DNA of 64,000 nt from Candidatus Obscuribacterales bacterium. GTDB taxonomy: Bacteria; Cyanobacteriota; Vampirovibrionia; Obscuribacterales; Obscuribacteraceae. Every line of letters begins with the position of its first letter. Position 1 is the first letter of the stretch. Made by a program: the position numbers and the translations under genes. The notes under the pieces are model-generated. The model did no database searches. It had not been told where the DNA came from and was given only the letters and a program-made list of their open reading frames with translations. Of this stretch, positions 42,446 to 52,952 are shown piece after piece. The stretch is taken from the NCBI GenBank assembly GCA_965228855.1, contig CBDDIJ010000002.1, positions 448,001 through 512,000 on the forward strand. The letters run 5' to 3'.

Positions 42446-43498
42446 TTACTTGCCCTTGGCGCGACCGACCACCGGGACCTGGGACTCGACCGCCGTGATG
42501 AACGTGTCGGTCTGGAAGCGATCGAACGTCGCTTCCTGAGTCAGGATGAGGCGGTGACGGACGGCGTCGCGGTAGACCGACTTGACGTCATCCGGCTCGA
42601 TGTGAGTCCGGCCGTCGAGCCAGGCGTTGCAGGCGGCGCCCTTCTGCACCCAGATGCCGAGACGCGGCGAGGCACCGTAGGCGATGCGCTCTTCGAACGA
42701 CTTACCCTCGGCGTCGCGGATCTTGCCGAACGACGGGTCGGTCGGACGAGTGGCGCGCATCAGGTCGACGATGTACTCGCGGATGGCGTCCGAAGCGTTG
42801 TCGACGACCTGCTGGACTTCCGTGCGGATGGCGCGGAGGTCGGACAGATCCATGACCGGCTCGACCTTCTCGGTGGCGTTGCGACCGTGGACCTGGGTGT
42901 TGGCCAGGACCTTGATCTCGTCGGCGCGCGAGACGTAGCCCATCATGATCTTGAACATGAAGCGGTCGAGCTGCGCTTCCGGCAGAGCGAAGGTGCCTTC
43001 CTGCTCGACCGGGTTGATGGTCGCCATGACCATGAACGGATCGGGCAGCATGATGCGCGGCACGCCGGGGATGTCGGCGAAGCGCTCCTGCATCGGCTGC
43101 AGCAGGGCAGCCTGGGTCAGGGCGATGCCGCGGTTGAGCTCGTCGGCCAGGAGCAGGTTGACGGCCGACTTGTAGTTGGCGTCGACGGCGCCCAGGAGCG
43201 GGCCGGGAACGAAGTCGTACTTGCCGGTGACGGGGTTGAAGACCCGCGTGCCCTTCACGTCGGAGGGCTTCAGGTCCGGGTCGAACTGGATGCGGCCGGA
43301 GGTCGCACCGTCGATGGTCTTCTGCAGGGTGTTGATCATCAGAGTCTTGGCCAGACCGGGCATCGACTCCAGAAGCACGTGACCGTCGGCCATCAGGGCG
43401 AGGGTGAGGGCGCGCTTCACGGGGGTGTAACCGACGATCACCTTGTCCATCTCGGTGGACAGGGCGTTCGCCTTGATAACGAGCTGATTCTTAGACAT
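42446..43498 (-). CDS. moxR: MoxR-family AAA+ ATPase
   Basis: GHVLLE, PGLAKT, RIQF.PDL.PSD, LADELNR, NPVEQEGTF.LPEAQLDRF, GASPR. Confidence 0.95.
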   Translation of the reverse strand: MSKNQLVIKANALSTEMDKVIVGYTPVKRALTLALMADGHVLLESMPGLAKTLMINTLQKTIDGATSGRIQFDPDLKPSDVKGTRVFNPVTGKYDFVPGPLLGAVDANYKSAVNLLLADELNRGIALTQAALLQPMQERFADIPGVPRIMLPDPFMVMATINPVEQEGTFALPEAQLDRFMFKIMMGYVSRADEIKVLANTQVHGRNATEKVEPVMDLSDLRAIRTEVQQVVDNASDAIREYIVDLMRATRPTDPSFGKIRDAEGKSFEERIAYGASPRLGIWVQKGAACNAWLDGRTHIEPDDVKSVYRDAVRHRLILTQEATFDRFQTDTFITAVESQVPVVGRAKGK

Positions 43499-43600
43499 GG
43501 TCGTAATCTCCGTTTGGGATTTGAGAGAAAGGTTGCTACGAAAGAGGCGGACCATCGGGTCCGCCTCTAGAGGTTTGCGTTGGACGAAACACTGGAGTCG

Positions 43601-44677
43601 TTAGCGAACCAGGTCCTTCCTGGGCAAGACTCCTCGGATGAACAAGCCGGTCAGAAGGATGATCGCCAGCCCCAGGGGGTACTGGAAGATCGGATCCTCT
43701 TTGGTCTCGGCTTTGCTTCCACCGAGGGAGGCTGCCCAGCTGATTTTCAGCTCGCCGCCGTTACCCGGATCGAGTGGAAGGTACTCGGCGCCAGACATGG
43801 CGACGAGCTTCGAGAGATTGCTCTCCTCACGGCCGGACAGCGACACCTTGCCTTCCTCCTGGAAGTATCCGGTGAGCTGCCCTTCCTTGTTGTATTCGGG
43901 AATCGGCGACGGCGAAAGCGAGCCGACGCCGACGACGATGAAGCGAATGCCCTTTTCCCGAATCTTCGCGACCGCGTCGGCGAGAATCTTCTCGTCGCCG
44001 GTGAAGCCGCCGTCGGAGAACAGGACGATGACCTGCTGCCGATTGGCGACCTTGTCGCGGTCCAGCATCGCCAGAGCCATGGTCAGACCTTCGGCGTAAT
44101 CGGAACCGCCGCCAGGGGCGTTGCCGACACGAATCCAGTTGTCCATGACCCACTTGGTCGACGTCCAGTCGTCGGTGAGGGGAATCTGCTCGAAGCCGTT
44201 GCCCGAGTAGGTGACGATGCCGAGCTGGTTTCCGATGATCGCAGGCATGACCTGCGTCTGGAGAATCAGCTTGGTGTAGTCGAGGCGGTTGCCGTACGGT
44301 CCCGGCACCAGGTCAGGCGTGTAGCCGTTCTTCGAGGGCATGAACGGGCGGTATTCCTCCGCCGCCATGCTCTTCGAGACGTCGATCACGCCCACGACCT
44401 GCAAGCTCCCCGCCCGAACATTGGTGGGCAGAGACTTGGAGATGGGACCGGCGGCGGCAGCCACCATAAGCGCGACCGCGATTGCCCACACAGAGGCAAT
44501 CGCGACTTCGCCCGCGAACCTGACTGCGCGCGTGTAGCGCGACACCAGCTTCTCTTCGCCGTATGCCGCACGAGCCTTGCGCCGGAGGTCGTACCCCAGG
44601 TAGCAAAGCCCGTACACAGCAGGGACGACCAGCAAGAGCGCTGTCAGGTAGTGCGGACGCAGGAATGTGATATCCAT
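43601..44677 (-). CDS. vWA-domain membrane protein (BatB-like)
   Basis: DVSKSMAAE, APGGGSDY, LFSDGG; clear paralog of 19084..20253. Confidence 0.88.
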   Translation of the reverse strand: MDITFLRPHYLTALLLVVPAVYGLCYLGYDLRRKARAAYGEEKLVSRYTRAVRFAGEVAIASVWAIAVALMVAAAAGPISKSLPTNVRAGSLQVVGVIDVSKSMAAEEYRPFMPSKNGYTPDLVPGPYGNRLDYTKLILQTQVMPAIIGNQLGIVTYSGNGFEQIPLTDDWTSTKWVMDNWIRVGNAPGGGSDYAEGLTMALAMLDRDKVANRQQVIVLFSDGGFTGDEKILADAVAKIREKGIRFIVVGVGSLSPSPIPEYNKEGQLTGYFQEEGKVSLSGREESNLSKLVAMSGAEYLPLDPGNGGELKISWAASLGGSKAETKEDPIFQYPLGLAIILLTGLFIRGVLPRKDLVR

Positions 44678-44689
44678 AGCGTCTTCTCC

Positions 44690-45307
44690 TTACAGAGTGT
44701 TGGGCTTGCCTTTGCCGGGCTGGTCGCCAGGTTCCTGTCCAGGAGCCTGCTTCTTGCCTTGTCCGGGCTGAGGCTTGCCTTTGCCTTTGCCCTTGCCCTG
44801 ACCTTCGGCCTGCTGTTTGTTGTTCTTGAAGAGAAGCTCCAGGTCGTACTTGACCTGCAGGGCTTGCTCCTCCAGGCGAACGACGTCTTCCTTCGTCACC
44901 TGCTCGAAGCCGGGGACGTTGGCATAGTCGTTGCCGGGGTTGAGCCGAAGCGATTCCTTGAAGGCCTCGACGGCGGGCTCAGCCTGCCGGAGTCTCAGGA
45001 GCGCTTTGGCTTTGTGGAACTGCGCGAGAGCCGCACGTTCACGGGAAGGCGCCGGGTACAGGAAGCGCTCCATCCAGGACGACGCCCGGACGCGCTGCTT
45101 GTACACCGCCACGGAACGGTCGAACGCTTCGATCGCGCCCTTCATCCCGTCTTCGTCCTGCGCGGTCTGGTACATGGTGAGACCGACGTTGTAGTACGCC
45201 GCCTGGGCGTCCTGCCACGTCAGAAGGCGGAATCCGAATCCGCCGACAAGCAAGCCGCCGACGAGAATCGCCAGCAGCCACAATCGTGATTTGCTGAAAA
45301 ATTTCAT
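44690..45307 (-). CDS. TPR protein (BatC-like)
   Basis: TM, YNVG, AQFHKAKAL, SLRLNPGN, G/K/Q/P tail; paralog of 18080..19045. Confidence 0.8.
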   Translation of the reverse strand: MKFFSKSRLWLLAILVGGLLVGGFGFRLLTWQDAQAAYYNVGLTMYQTAQDEDGMKGAIEAFDRSVAVYKQRVRASSWMERFLYPAPSRERAALAQFHKAKALLRLRQAEPAVEAFKESLRLNPGNDYANVPGFEQVTKEDVVRLEEQALQVKYDLELLFKNNKQQAEGQGKGKGKGKPQPGQGKKQAPGQEPGDQPGKGKPNTL

Positions 45308-45334
45308 TTTCAGGTTTCTCCTAAAGGTTAGCTG

Positions 45335-46318
45335 TTAGGCGTCCTCGCGGACGAGTGCAGCGGCTACGAGGAAGAGGCAGAGCACGAGCCCGGCGCCAAT
45401 CAGGAAGAACTGATAGATGTCGCGATAGCTCACGGTCTTCTCGACCTCAACACGGGATTTCTCGAGTTCGGAGATCTTCTGGAAGCCGGCCTTCATGTCG
45501 GCGCCGTTTCCGACGACGATCACCTGACCGCCAGTGGCTTCCGTGATCTTGCGCAGGTCGTTTTCCGCATTGGGATTGGACCAGCCGATCGCGAGCGTGT
45601 AGATCTTGATGCCGCCCGCTTGCAACATCGGAAGGAGCTGTTGCATGCGCTCCTCCGGAATGGAGTCCTCACCATCGGTGACCATGATGAGAACCTTCGA
45701 CTGAGCCTGACCGAGCTCCTTGAAGTGGTCGACTGCAGCCTGGATGGGACCGGACTCACTGGAGAAGTCGGTGCCACCGCCGTTGTAGGTGCCGGTGCGG
45801 CCCACGTTCTTGAGCTCGATCACGCGCAGGTCCTTCGAAAGGGGCCAGCTGTAATAGACGCTCGTGTCGAACATGAACAGCGCGACGCGATCACCTTCCC
45901 GTTCCTTGACGAACAGGCTGATCGCCTTTTCGGCGAGCTGGATGCGTTTGACGGTCTGAACCGGTTGTCCAGCCGCATCCTTCACTTCACCAGCGACAGC
46001 GAGCTGGTCCGGGTCAGAAATCTGACCTTGCATCGAACCAGAGATGTCGACTGCGATGATGAAGTCACGAGTAATGATCACCTCTTTCTCGCCGACGTCG
46101 GGCAGCTGCGGTCGCGACATGGCGAGGGCAGCGAGCACGAAGAATGCGACAAGAAGGATCTGAGGCAGACGTCCCACGAGGGGAACGGAACGCACGTTGC
46201 CGTGCATGCCGACTTGCGTGTGCCCCAAAGCTCTCCGGCGCCGGTATGCCAGCCACAAGGCGGGCACAGCCAGAAGCGCCAGCAGCATAAACTGCGGGTA
46301 TGCGAACGTGATGGGCAT
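45335..46318 (-). CDS. vWA-domain membrane protein (BatA-like)
   Basis: FAYP..LL, RPQ, DISGSM, GDRV, GGTD, VTDGE, ISELEKS. Confidence 0.9.
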   Translation of the reverse strand: MPITFAYPQFMLLALLAVPALWLAYRRRRALGHTQVGMHGNVRSVPLVGRLPQILLVAFFVLAALAMSRPQLPDVGEKEVIITRDFIIAVDISGSMQGQISDPDQLAVAGEVKDAAGQPVQTVKRIQLAEKAISLFVKEREGDRVALFMFDTSVYYSWPLSKDLRVIELKNVGRTGTYNGGGTDFSSESGPIQAAVDHFKELGQAQSKVLIMVTDGEDSIPEERMQQLLPMLQAGGIKIYTLAIGWSNPNAENDLRKITEATGGQVIVVGNGADMKAGFQKISELEKSRVEVEKTVSYRDIYQFFLIGAGLVLCLFLVAAALVREDA

Positions 46319-47260
46319 GTTAGCGCTCCAAGTTAGGAAATTTTTGCGATTACCCAAGACAGCAAGGATGCAGGGCATCCAAGCTGGAGGTTTGTAACTG
46401 GATGCAACCGTATGGAACAAGTCCATCCAGATGCAAACAGACCGATAGAGCCCGCAGCGCAAGCCGCGAACTCAGAGGTCGTGCTGAGGTTACCGTCGCC
46501 GAGGCAACTCGTGTCGCCGCGGTGAGAACGATGGCTCGAACAGTTGTTCTCGTTGGCGGACTCACCGACGGCAAGGTAGTGACCCGAATAGAGATTCGGA
46601 GACAGGAGAGGTTGCTCTGCTGTCTGCGAACATCCGGATCACGTGCAGCTCGCTAGGGAGCTGGATTGCTATTGGTCGGAACTGAGAGAGGATGAGCCGT
46701 GTGGATGTGAAACAGTAACCTTAAGGAAAGATGAATGGATGCATTCAATGTACTAAAAGGCAGATATCGAGACAAACCTATAAAACACTAATGAGATCCT
46801 GAACTAGCTCGCATATACATGCATCTCTTGGCCTGCAGCGCTTACAAGACGTTCGCTCACACGGTTTCCGTAACCCCCCGGGCAGCAGCGGAAACGCCCA
46901 TCTACTGACAACTTGAGCACTTTAGATATTTCGTGAACGGTCGGTCAAACAATCCTCTTGATAACATCACGGGCTGCCACTCTTAATAGGTTTCCAAGAA
47001 GTGTTGATATTTAGCGCAGCTTCACGACTGGGCATGTTTAGATATTAGCGCCGCTCGCGCCAACAATCTTAGCCTTTCCTTAACAATTGGGCTCTAAAAT
47101 GTAAAGAGTTTGTCATGCCTCCACGGGCGGTGCCGTATTTGGTACCACCGTGAGCCTTCCGGAACACGAGCCGAAAGCAACTGTTTTTCAAGGTTTAATG
47201 CGCGCAAAACCGCTTGAAACTTGAGCGAGCTAACCCATAACTTTCACCAAGCTGAGCGCG

Positions 47261-48340
47261 TCACAGCTCCACCCGGCAACTCAAGACTGTCTTCGAATCG
47301 TTGCTTTTGCAGCCAAGCTCAATAAGACGCATGACAGCCAGAGCATCGTCGGGCACCACCGGATTCGCAGCGCCATTTCGAAGAGCATCTCGCACACCGG
47401 AATAATAAGCGAGATAATCGCCTCGTTCTGTCGACAGTGAATTCGAGACGAGAGCGGCGCCATCAACCAGCCCGGAGGCGATGGTGAGCAGACCATCTCT
47501 GCCATCAACTCCGAAATCCTTATTGTGAACATCGATTTTTCGCTTCAAAGCATCCTCTTGGGTGTCCAGTCCGAATTTGATGTAGCTGCCGAGCTTCCCA
47601 TGAATAGTGAATCTCGGTGAATCCGCCGCCACCAGAGCGCCGCCATGAAGGACAGCACGCATTTTCCCGTAGCGCAAAACCACATGGAAATAATCCACGG
47701 ACTGAGCCTGGTCGCGCTGCATCTCCAGGTCCGCTTGAATGGCGTCCGGCATACCAAATAATTGCAGCACCTGATCGAGCAGGTGAGGTCCCAGGTCATA
47801 CCAGATGCCGGAAGCCGCCCCGGCTTGTTCGCGCCAGCGTTGCCTTACCTCCGGACGATAGCGATCGAAGTGCGACTCAAAATGCATCACATCTCCCAAT
47901 GCTCCCTCTTCCAGAAGTCGACGAACAGTCAGAAAATCGCTGTCCCATCTGCGATTATGAAAAACAGAAAGAAAGCGATTCTGCTCTCGAGCAAGCTTAA
48001 TGAGTTCCTCCGCCTCCGAGCTGGTCGTCGTAAAAGGTTTATCAACGACAACATGCTTTCCGGCAAGAAGCGCTCTTTTCGCCAGATCGTAATGAGTGTC
48101 GTTCGGCGTAGCCACTACAACCAGTTCTACGTCGTTGTCGGCAAAGACCTGATCATGACTAGCGCTAACTGCAACTTGCGGAAAATCTTCTCTGACTTTG
48201 CGCTCGTCGCTAGAAACCACCGCAGCCAAACGCAATCCAGAAACGCCCATGATGAGCGGAGCATGGAATGTTTTACCAGCGTAGCCATATCCGAAAAGGG
48301 CGACATTGATGCCGTCAGATCTATTCATACTCGGTCTCAT
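47261..48340 (-). CDS. Gfo/Idh/MocA-family oxidoreductase (YdgJ-like)
   Basis: GYGYAGKTFHAPLI, GKHVVVDKPF, FHNRRWDSDF, DLGPHL.DQ. Confidence 0.93.
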   Translation of the reverse strand: MRPSMNRSDGINVALFGYGYAGKTFHAPLIMGVSGLRLAAVVSSDERKVREDFPQVAVSASHDQVFADNDVELVVVATPNDTHYDLAKRALLAGKHVVVDKPFTTTSSEAEELIKLAREQNRFLSVFHNRRWDSDFLTVRRLLEEGALGDVMHFESHFDRYRPEVRQRWREQAGAASGIWYDLGPHLLDQVLQLFGMPDAIQADLEMQRDQAQSVDYFHVVLRYGKMRAVLHGGALVAADSPRFTIHGKLGSYIKFGLDTQEDALKRKIDVHNKDFGVDGRDGLLTIASGLVDGAALVSNSLSTERGDYLAYYSGVRDALRNGAANPVVPDDALAVMRLIELGCKSNDSKTVLSCRVEL

Positions 48341-48553
48341 GAAAGGGGAACGCTATTCTCTCAAAGTACCGGGCGGTAAGTCGCGAGCGGTTTCAAACTG
48401 AACGGTTAGATGAACTGATTCGCGAGCTAGCGCAGGCGAAGATCAAGATTGAATAATTGCTGATATCGGGCGTAAAACGGGCTTCTCACATATAAGAAGA
48501 GCTCTAGACTCTGTCATAGATTGATTTTGAGACTTCACAGAAGTTCTATGTTC

Positions 48554-48583
48554 TTGACAACATATCTAAAGCTTTGCTATCCC
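48554..48583 (+). promoter_or_regulatory. possible sigma70-type promoter for the GT4 block
   Basis: TTGACA-N18-TATCCC with TG upstream of the -10. Confidence 0.35.
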
Positions 48584-48875
48584 AAGATACACTCTACTTT
48601 TTCTGCTTCAGGTAACCATTACCAACACCCAAATAGTCTAACCAAACTTATTTGAGAACCTCTCGTGCGACCTCCCGGTGCGCTTGAGGAACAAGGTGTT
48701 GCAGAAAAACGAAGCGTCTGGCGCGTGTCAGGGGCTTCTGAGTGCTTTTTTGAACCTGGTTCGCATCGGTGTGAAACGGTCGGCAGCTTGCAGGACTGGC
48801 GCGAATTTCTCGCGTTTGTTCTGGAGCGCCACCATTCTGCACCCGTGCGAGCTCAACCTTCGGAGACCGAATCGT

Positions 48876-50105
48876 ATGGGACTGAGAATCCTTATGCTCG
48901 CCTGGGAATACCCGCCCCGGCTCGTTGGCGGCCTTGCCCGCGTTGTTTGTGCCGTTTCACGTGAACTCGTTCGACAGGGACACGAAGTCCATGTCATCAC
49001 GTCGAACTTCGAAGGCACTGACGAACACTCGATGGACCAGGGTGTTCACGTTCACCGCGTCAAGACCCAGACCGGTCCCAATGGCGCCGACATGGAGACG
49101 CCCGACTTCCTGACCTGGGATGCCAGGCTCAATTTCGGCATTCTCCAGTACGCCATCAAGCTGCAGCTCGAGCAGCCGTTCGACATCGTGCATGCGCACG
49201 ACTGGCTCGTGGCCGACGCTGGCTGGGTGATGAAGTCCTTCGGCGTGCCGATGATTTCGACCATCCACGCGACCGAATTCGGCCGCAACCACCAGTCGAT
49301 CCCGAACCCGAGCAGCAAGTACATCGACGACATCGAGTGGCGCCTGATTTACGAATCGGGCCATGTGATTGTGAACAGCAAGCACATGCACCGCGAGGTC
49401 GTCGACCACTTCCACGCGCCCGCCGACAAGGTCTCGGTCATCCCCAACGGGATCGAACCGGACCGCCTGAAGTGCGACGCCGGCAAGTTCGAGCTTCGCG
49501 AGAAGCACGGCGTCGGCGACGGACCGATGATTCTGTTCGTGGGTCGCCTCGTTCAGGAGAAGGGCATTCAGGTTCTGCTTCAGGCTGCCCCGCGCATCCT
49601 CGAGAAGCATCCCGATGCCACCGTCATGATCGCGGGCACCGGCTACTTCATGGACGACCTGCAGCGCAAAGTCGCGGAGCTGGGAATCGGCAACAACGTC
49701 CGGTTCTTCGGTCACGCCGACGACAAGTCGCTGCCGGAACTCTACAAGATGGCCGACATCTGCGTGGTGCCGAGCCTCTATGAGCCCTTCGGCATCGTCG
49801 CGCTCGAAGGCATGGCGGCTTCCCTGCCGACCGTGACTTCCGACAACGGCGGCCTGACCGACATCATCCAGCACATGGAGAACGGGCTCACCACCTTCGC
49901 CGGCGATTCCGACAGCCTGGCGTGGGGTCTGCTGCAGGTTCTGGACTCTCCGGAACTGGCGGAGAAGGTCGGACAGCGCGCCCGCGCTCACGTGCTCGAG
50001 CACTACTCCTGGGAGGCGATCACCACCAAGACGGTGGCTGCCTATCAGGACGTGATCGAGAACGCGAAGCGTCCGCGCGACATCTCGAGCGACTCGGCCG
50101 AATAA
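48876..50105 (+). CDS. glycosyltransferase family 4
   Basis: WEYPP..VGGL, HAHDW, TIHATE.GR, FVGRL..EKG, PSLYEPFGIVALE. Confidence 0.95.
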   Translation: MGLRILMLAWEYPPRLVGGLARVVCAVSRELVRQGHEVHVITSNFEGTDEHSMDQGVHVHRVKTQTGPNGADMETPDFLTWDARLNFGILQYAIKLQLEQPFDIVHAHDWLVADAGWVMKSFGVPMISTIHATEFGRNHQSIPNPSSKYIDDIEWRLIYESGHVIVNSKHMHREVVDHFHAPADKVSVIPNGIEPDRLKCDAGKFELREKHGVGDGPMILFVGRLVQEKGIQVLLQAAPRILEKHPDATVMIAGTGYFMDDLQRKVAELGIGNNVRFFGHADDKSLPELYKMADICVVPSLYEPFGIVALEGMAASLPTVTSDNGGLTDIIQHMENGLTTFAGDSDSLAWGLLQVLDSPELAEKVGQRARAHVLEHYSWEAITTKTVAAYQDVIENAKRPRDISSDSAE

Positions 50106-50287
50106 ACCGACGCTCAACGGGCGCCACTGCCAGTGGTGCCTGACCGGTAGTGAAGGTCGCTCTCCTCTGTGGCAAAACCGCACGAGAGCGACCTTTGCTT
50201 TCTTTCCTGGAATGCTTCTTCTTTCGCCGAAGGCGACCGACACAGTCGCCTTTCAAATTCGAACGAAACAAACGCAGGATTTCCAAG

Positions 50288-50713
50288 ATGACAACCTTCC
50301 TCAAGCTGCTCGGAAGTGCAATCGGTGCGGTCGTCGGCTTTGTCATGCTCGTCGCATTTCGCGGCATGCTTGCACCGCTTCTCAACGAGGGCTCCGCCCT
50401 CATGATCGCCGTCATCCTCGGCATCGTCGGACTGGCGATCGGTACCACGATCGGCGCCTACGAGAAGGATAACGGTCCGGTCGGCATCCTCAAGGCTAAC
50501 CTCGTGGGCGTCGGCTTCCTGATCGCGATGGCCGTGAGCGTCATCCTCGCGTGGTTCGCCATCACGATGCTGGTCCCGCGCGCCGAACCCCTGACGATGA
50601 CCTGGCTCGGCGCCTTCTCGCTGGTGCGCGCCATCCTCTTCGTCGCCGTCCCGGCAAGCAGCGGTTTCTTCATCGCCGGCAAGCTCGCTTCCACTTCCAA
50701 AACCTCGGCATAA
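50288..50713 (+). CDS. hypothetical 4-TM membrane protein
   Basis: AGGA RBS, hydrophobic ORF, GC3 bias. Confidence 0.75.
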   Translation: MTTFLKLLGSAIGAVVGFVMLVAFRGMLAPLLNEGSALMIAVILGIVGLAIGTTIGAYEKDNGPVGILKANLVGVGFLIAMAVSVILAWFAITMLVPRAEPLTMTWLGAFSLVRAILFVAVPASSGFFIAGKLASTSKTSA

Positions 50714-50723
50714 GGAACTAACG

Positions 50724-51059
50724 ATGCATCAACTCGAGTTCGTCGTGGACCTGCTGGTCTGGTCCTTCCTCAGCGGCTTCGTCGGCGTCGTCGTCGGCCA
50801 GCTGCTCCCCAGCCGCGTGGCCAGCCTCCGGGTTGCCACCTGGATCTTCCTGGCTGCCTGGGCGGTGATCGTCACCACCGCAGTCGTCATGCTCGGTCTC
50901 GCCACATTCGTCGGCGACCCGAACCAATACGTGCCGGCCTGGCTCGTCGCCGGAGCTCTGCTCTCCTACGTCTTCGCCGCCGGCATCACCCGCGGTATCG
51001 ACATCCGCGCCGCCGGCTACTGGCGCTGGTTCCCCCGCACTCCGGTGCTGAAGAACTGA
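50724..51059 (+). CDS. hypothetical 3-TM membrane protein
   Basis: AAGGA RBS, hydrophobic ORF; stem-loop at 51069-51099. Confidence 0.75.
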   Translation: MHQLEFVVDLLVWSFLSGFVGVVVGQLLPSRVASLRVATWIFLAAWAVIVTTAVVMLGLATFVGDPNQYVPAWLVAGALLSYVFAAGITRGIDIRAAGYWRWFPRTPVLKN

Positions 51060-51104
51060 ACTGATACGACGGTGCAGCGAACCCCTTTCGCTGCACCGTT
51101 TCCT

Positions 51105-51169
51105 CCAAATCTTCCTACTATATTCCGGCGTATACGCGAAGACCCCCTACTATATTCCGGCGTATCCGG
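51105..51169 (+). repeat. two tandem 32-bp copies beginning at a CTACTATA box (locus 6, left arm)
   Basis: CCTACTATATTCCGGCGTAT with boxes at 51115 and 51147. Confidence 0.92.
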
Positions 51170-51244
51170 AGATGTCCGGCGAAGCTGCATCGACAGCAGT
51201 CTTAAGACCTGCGACTCCGCGATGGAGTGTGGGAAAGGGCAATT

Positions 51245-51296
51245 TGTCTACGGTACGTTGCCGAAATTCGGCAAATCTGTCTACGCACGATAGACA
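51245..51296. promoter_or_regulatory. 52-bp dyad element, locus 6
   Basis: TGTCTAC-GGTACGT-TGCCG-AAATTCGGCAAATC-TGTCT-ACGCACG-ATAGACA. Confidence 0.85.
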
Positions 51297-51349
51297 AGAG
51301 CAGACGCGTCCGAACAGGCGAAGCGACCCGACCCTCCCGCTGCAGCCCT

Positions 51350-51443
51350 CGCCGCGATTCTATTTATCCTATCGTATATAGTAACATGGCTATTGGCGCC
51401 ACTGTTTCACTTATCCTATCTTTTATAGTAATCAAACCAAAAA
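51350..51443 (-). repeat. two tandem 47-bp copies with a TTACTATA box (locus 6, right arm)
   Basis: TTATCCTATC...TATAGTAA with boxes at 51377 and 51424; stem-loop at 51448-51488. Confidence 0.88.
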
Positions 51444-51512
51444 AAATGAAACCCAAAGATCCGCTGGTGAAGCGAATCCTTGGGTTTCGAAACGGGGAAG
51501 GGCGACGACGGT

Positions 51513-52055
51513 TTACTTCACCGTGATGGTGAGCTTGTAGGTCGTGCCGGTCTTGCTGTCCTTGACGTAGCCGGAAGAACCGCCCCAATGGCTGTATTCC
51601 CAGCGCATCTGCCACTCCTCGATTTCGAGGGTGGTGGTGCCTTTCGCCAGAGCCTTGAACTTCAGCGTGCGGTAACCCGTGCTGTAGTTCTGACCCTGGG
51701 TGAAGTCGCCGCGATGAGTTTCGGAGATGAAACTCGAGTCGTGCGTGCGGCCGGTCCAGTACTCCTTGGCGCGCGACTCGTCGAGAGTGATCTCGAGTTC
51801 GTCGCCGACATTGAGCGAAGCCTTGCCGCCGTTGTCCTTCATGTTCTTCTTCAGGACCCAGTTCGAAGGAGTCCCCGTCGAGCCGGAACACGAGCCCTTG
51901 GTGCCCATGTCGGTCCGGCAGATCTCGCACTCGTCGAGATCCGTGCTGCACTGAGTGCAGAGCTTCTGGTAGTAGTTCGGAGTGGCAGCGGAGCAGTGGG
52001 CACAAGTGCCCGCCGCGCTTTGCCACGAATAACGCGTGCAGTTCGGACAGAGCAT
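51513..52055 (-). CDS. Cys-rich (4x CxxC) domain fused to a chagasin/I42-like Ig-fold inhibitor domain
   Basis: CPNC, CAHC, CTQC, CEIC; LNVGDELEITL...FKA.AKG.T.L.....W....TY.L.I.VK. Confidence 0.72.
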   Translation of the reverse strand: MLCPNCTRYSWQSAAGTCAHCSAATPNYYQKLCTQCSTDLDECEICRTDMGTKGSCSGSTGTPSNWVLKKNMKDNGGKASLNVGDELEITLDESRAKEYWTGRTHDSSFISETHRGDFTQGQNYSTGYRTLKFKALAKGTTTLEIEEWQMRWEYSHWGGSSGYVKDSKTGTTYKLTITVK

Positions 52056-52207
52056 ATGCCTACCTCTCGTAGTTCAGACCATGTCAGGAGCGCCGGACCA
52101 AAAAAAAGGAGAACGGGAGCAGACAAGCGACTCAAGCTGACGCCGAGTCTCAAGCCTGCCCCCGCTTCCTAGCCCAGTCTCAGACGGGTCGGTTCAGGGA
52201 TGAACGG

Positions 52208-52858
52208 TTACTTGTCGCGCCGGCAGCACGAGCACCAGCGGGGCTCGATCTTCTCGGGCGGCACGATCTTGTGGAAGTTCGCCGCGACCATCTGGTTGTG
52301 GTCGTCGGGCGGGTTCATCTGGAACGCGACCTGGTCCTCATCGTACGGAGGAGGCACGACACCGGGGATGGGCGCCTGTTCCGTGAACTTCACGGAGACG
52401 ATCAGGAATCCGGTGATGTGCTCCGGCTGCGTGGACTCCAGCATGGCCAGAGCCTCGTCGCCGCCCACGACCACGTCGCGGACAGCGCCAGCCAGCACGT
52501 CGGGGGAGACGTCCTCGTCGAAGCCCTCGGTCGGCACTTCGGAAGCCGAAACTTCCTCGCAGACCATGGGCGAGCCGGCACCGCGGGCGGTGTCAGCGGC
52601 GGACTTGAACTCGAAGGCGCGACCATCCTGTCCCATCGCCAGCTCGGTGATGCCGGCCGGGATCTTGGCGGACAGAAGCGACTTCTGGTCGAGGGTGATG
52701 GCGACGTCGGTCGGGTGAGGCGTGATCAGCCGAACCTTGAACGGTCCGTGCGGAACCTTCACCAGGGTCAGCCCGCCCTCGAGCAAAACATTCAGCGGAA
52801 GCCGATTCGGCGTGTTGGCGTTCAACACGTCGATGGCAATGCCGTTTTTCGATTGCAT
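52208..52858 (-). CDS. hypothetical protein
   Basis: AAGGAG RBS; 216 aa, C-terminal CSCC. Confidence 0.7.
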   Translation of the reverse strand: MQSKNGIAIDVLNANTPNRLPLNVLLEGGLTLVKVPHGPFKVRLITPHPTDVAITLDQKSLLSAKIPAGITELAMGQDGRAFEFKSAADTARGAGSPMVCEEVSASEVPTEGFDEDVSPDVLAGAVRDVVVGGDEALAMLESTQPEHITGFLIVSVKFTEQAPIPGVVPPPYDEDQVAFQMNPPDDHNQMVAANFHKIVPPEKIEPRWCSCCRRDK

Positions 52859-52952
52859 CGTTTTGACTCCTTTAAGAGTTAGCCTGTTAGAGAAGACGAG
52901 AAAGGGAGAGCCGCATAGCGACTCCCCCTCAACAAGTCACGTTGACCTCGGC

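Noticed and set aside
51105..51122. CTACTATA box as a T7/SP6-like phage promoter (CACTATAG) or IS91 oriIS
   Set aside because: Superficial likeness only; +1 G is not conserved and no phage RNAP or HUH transposase is in the window
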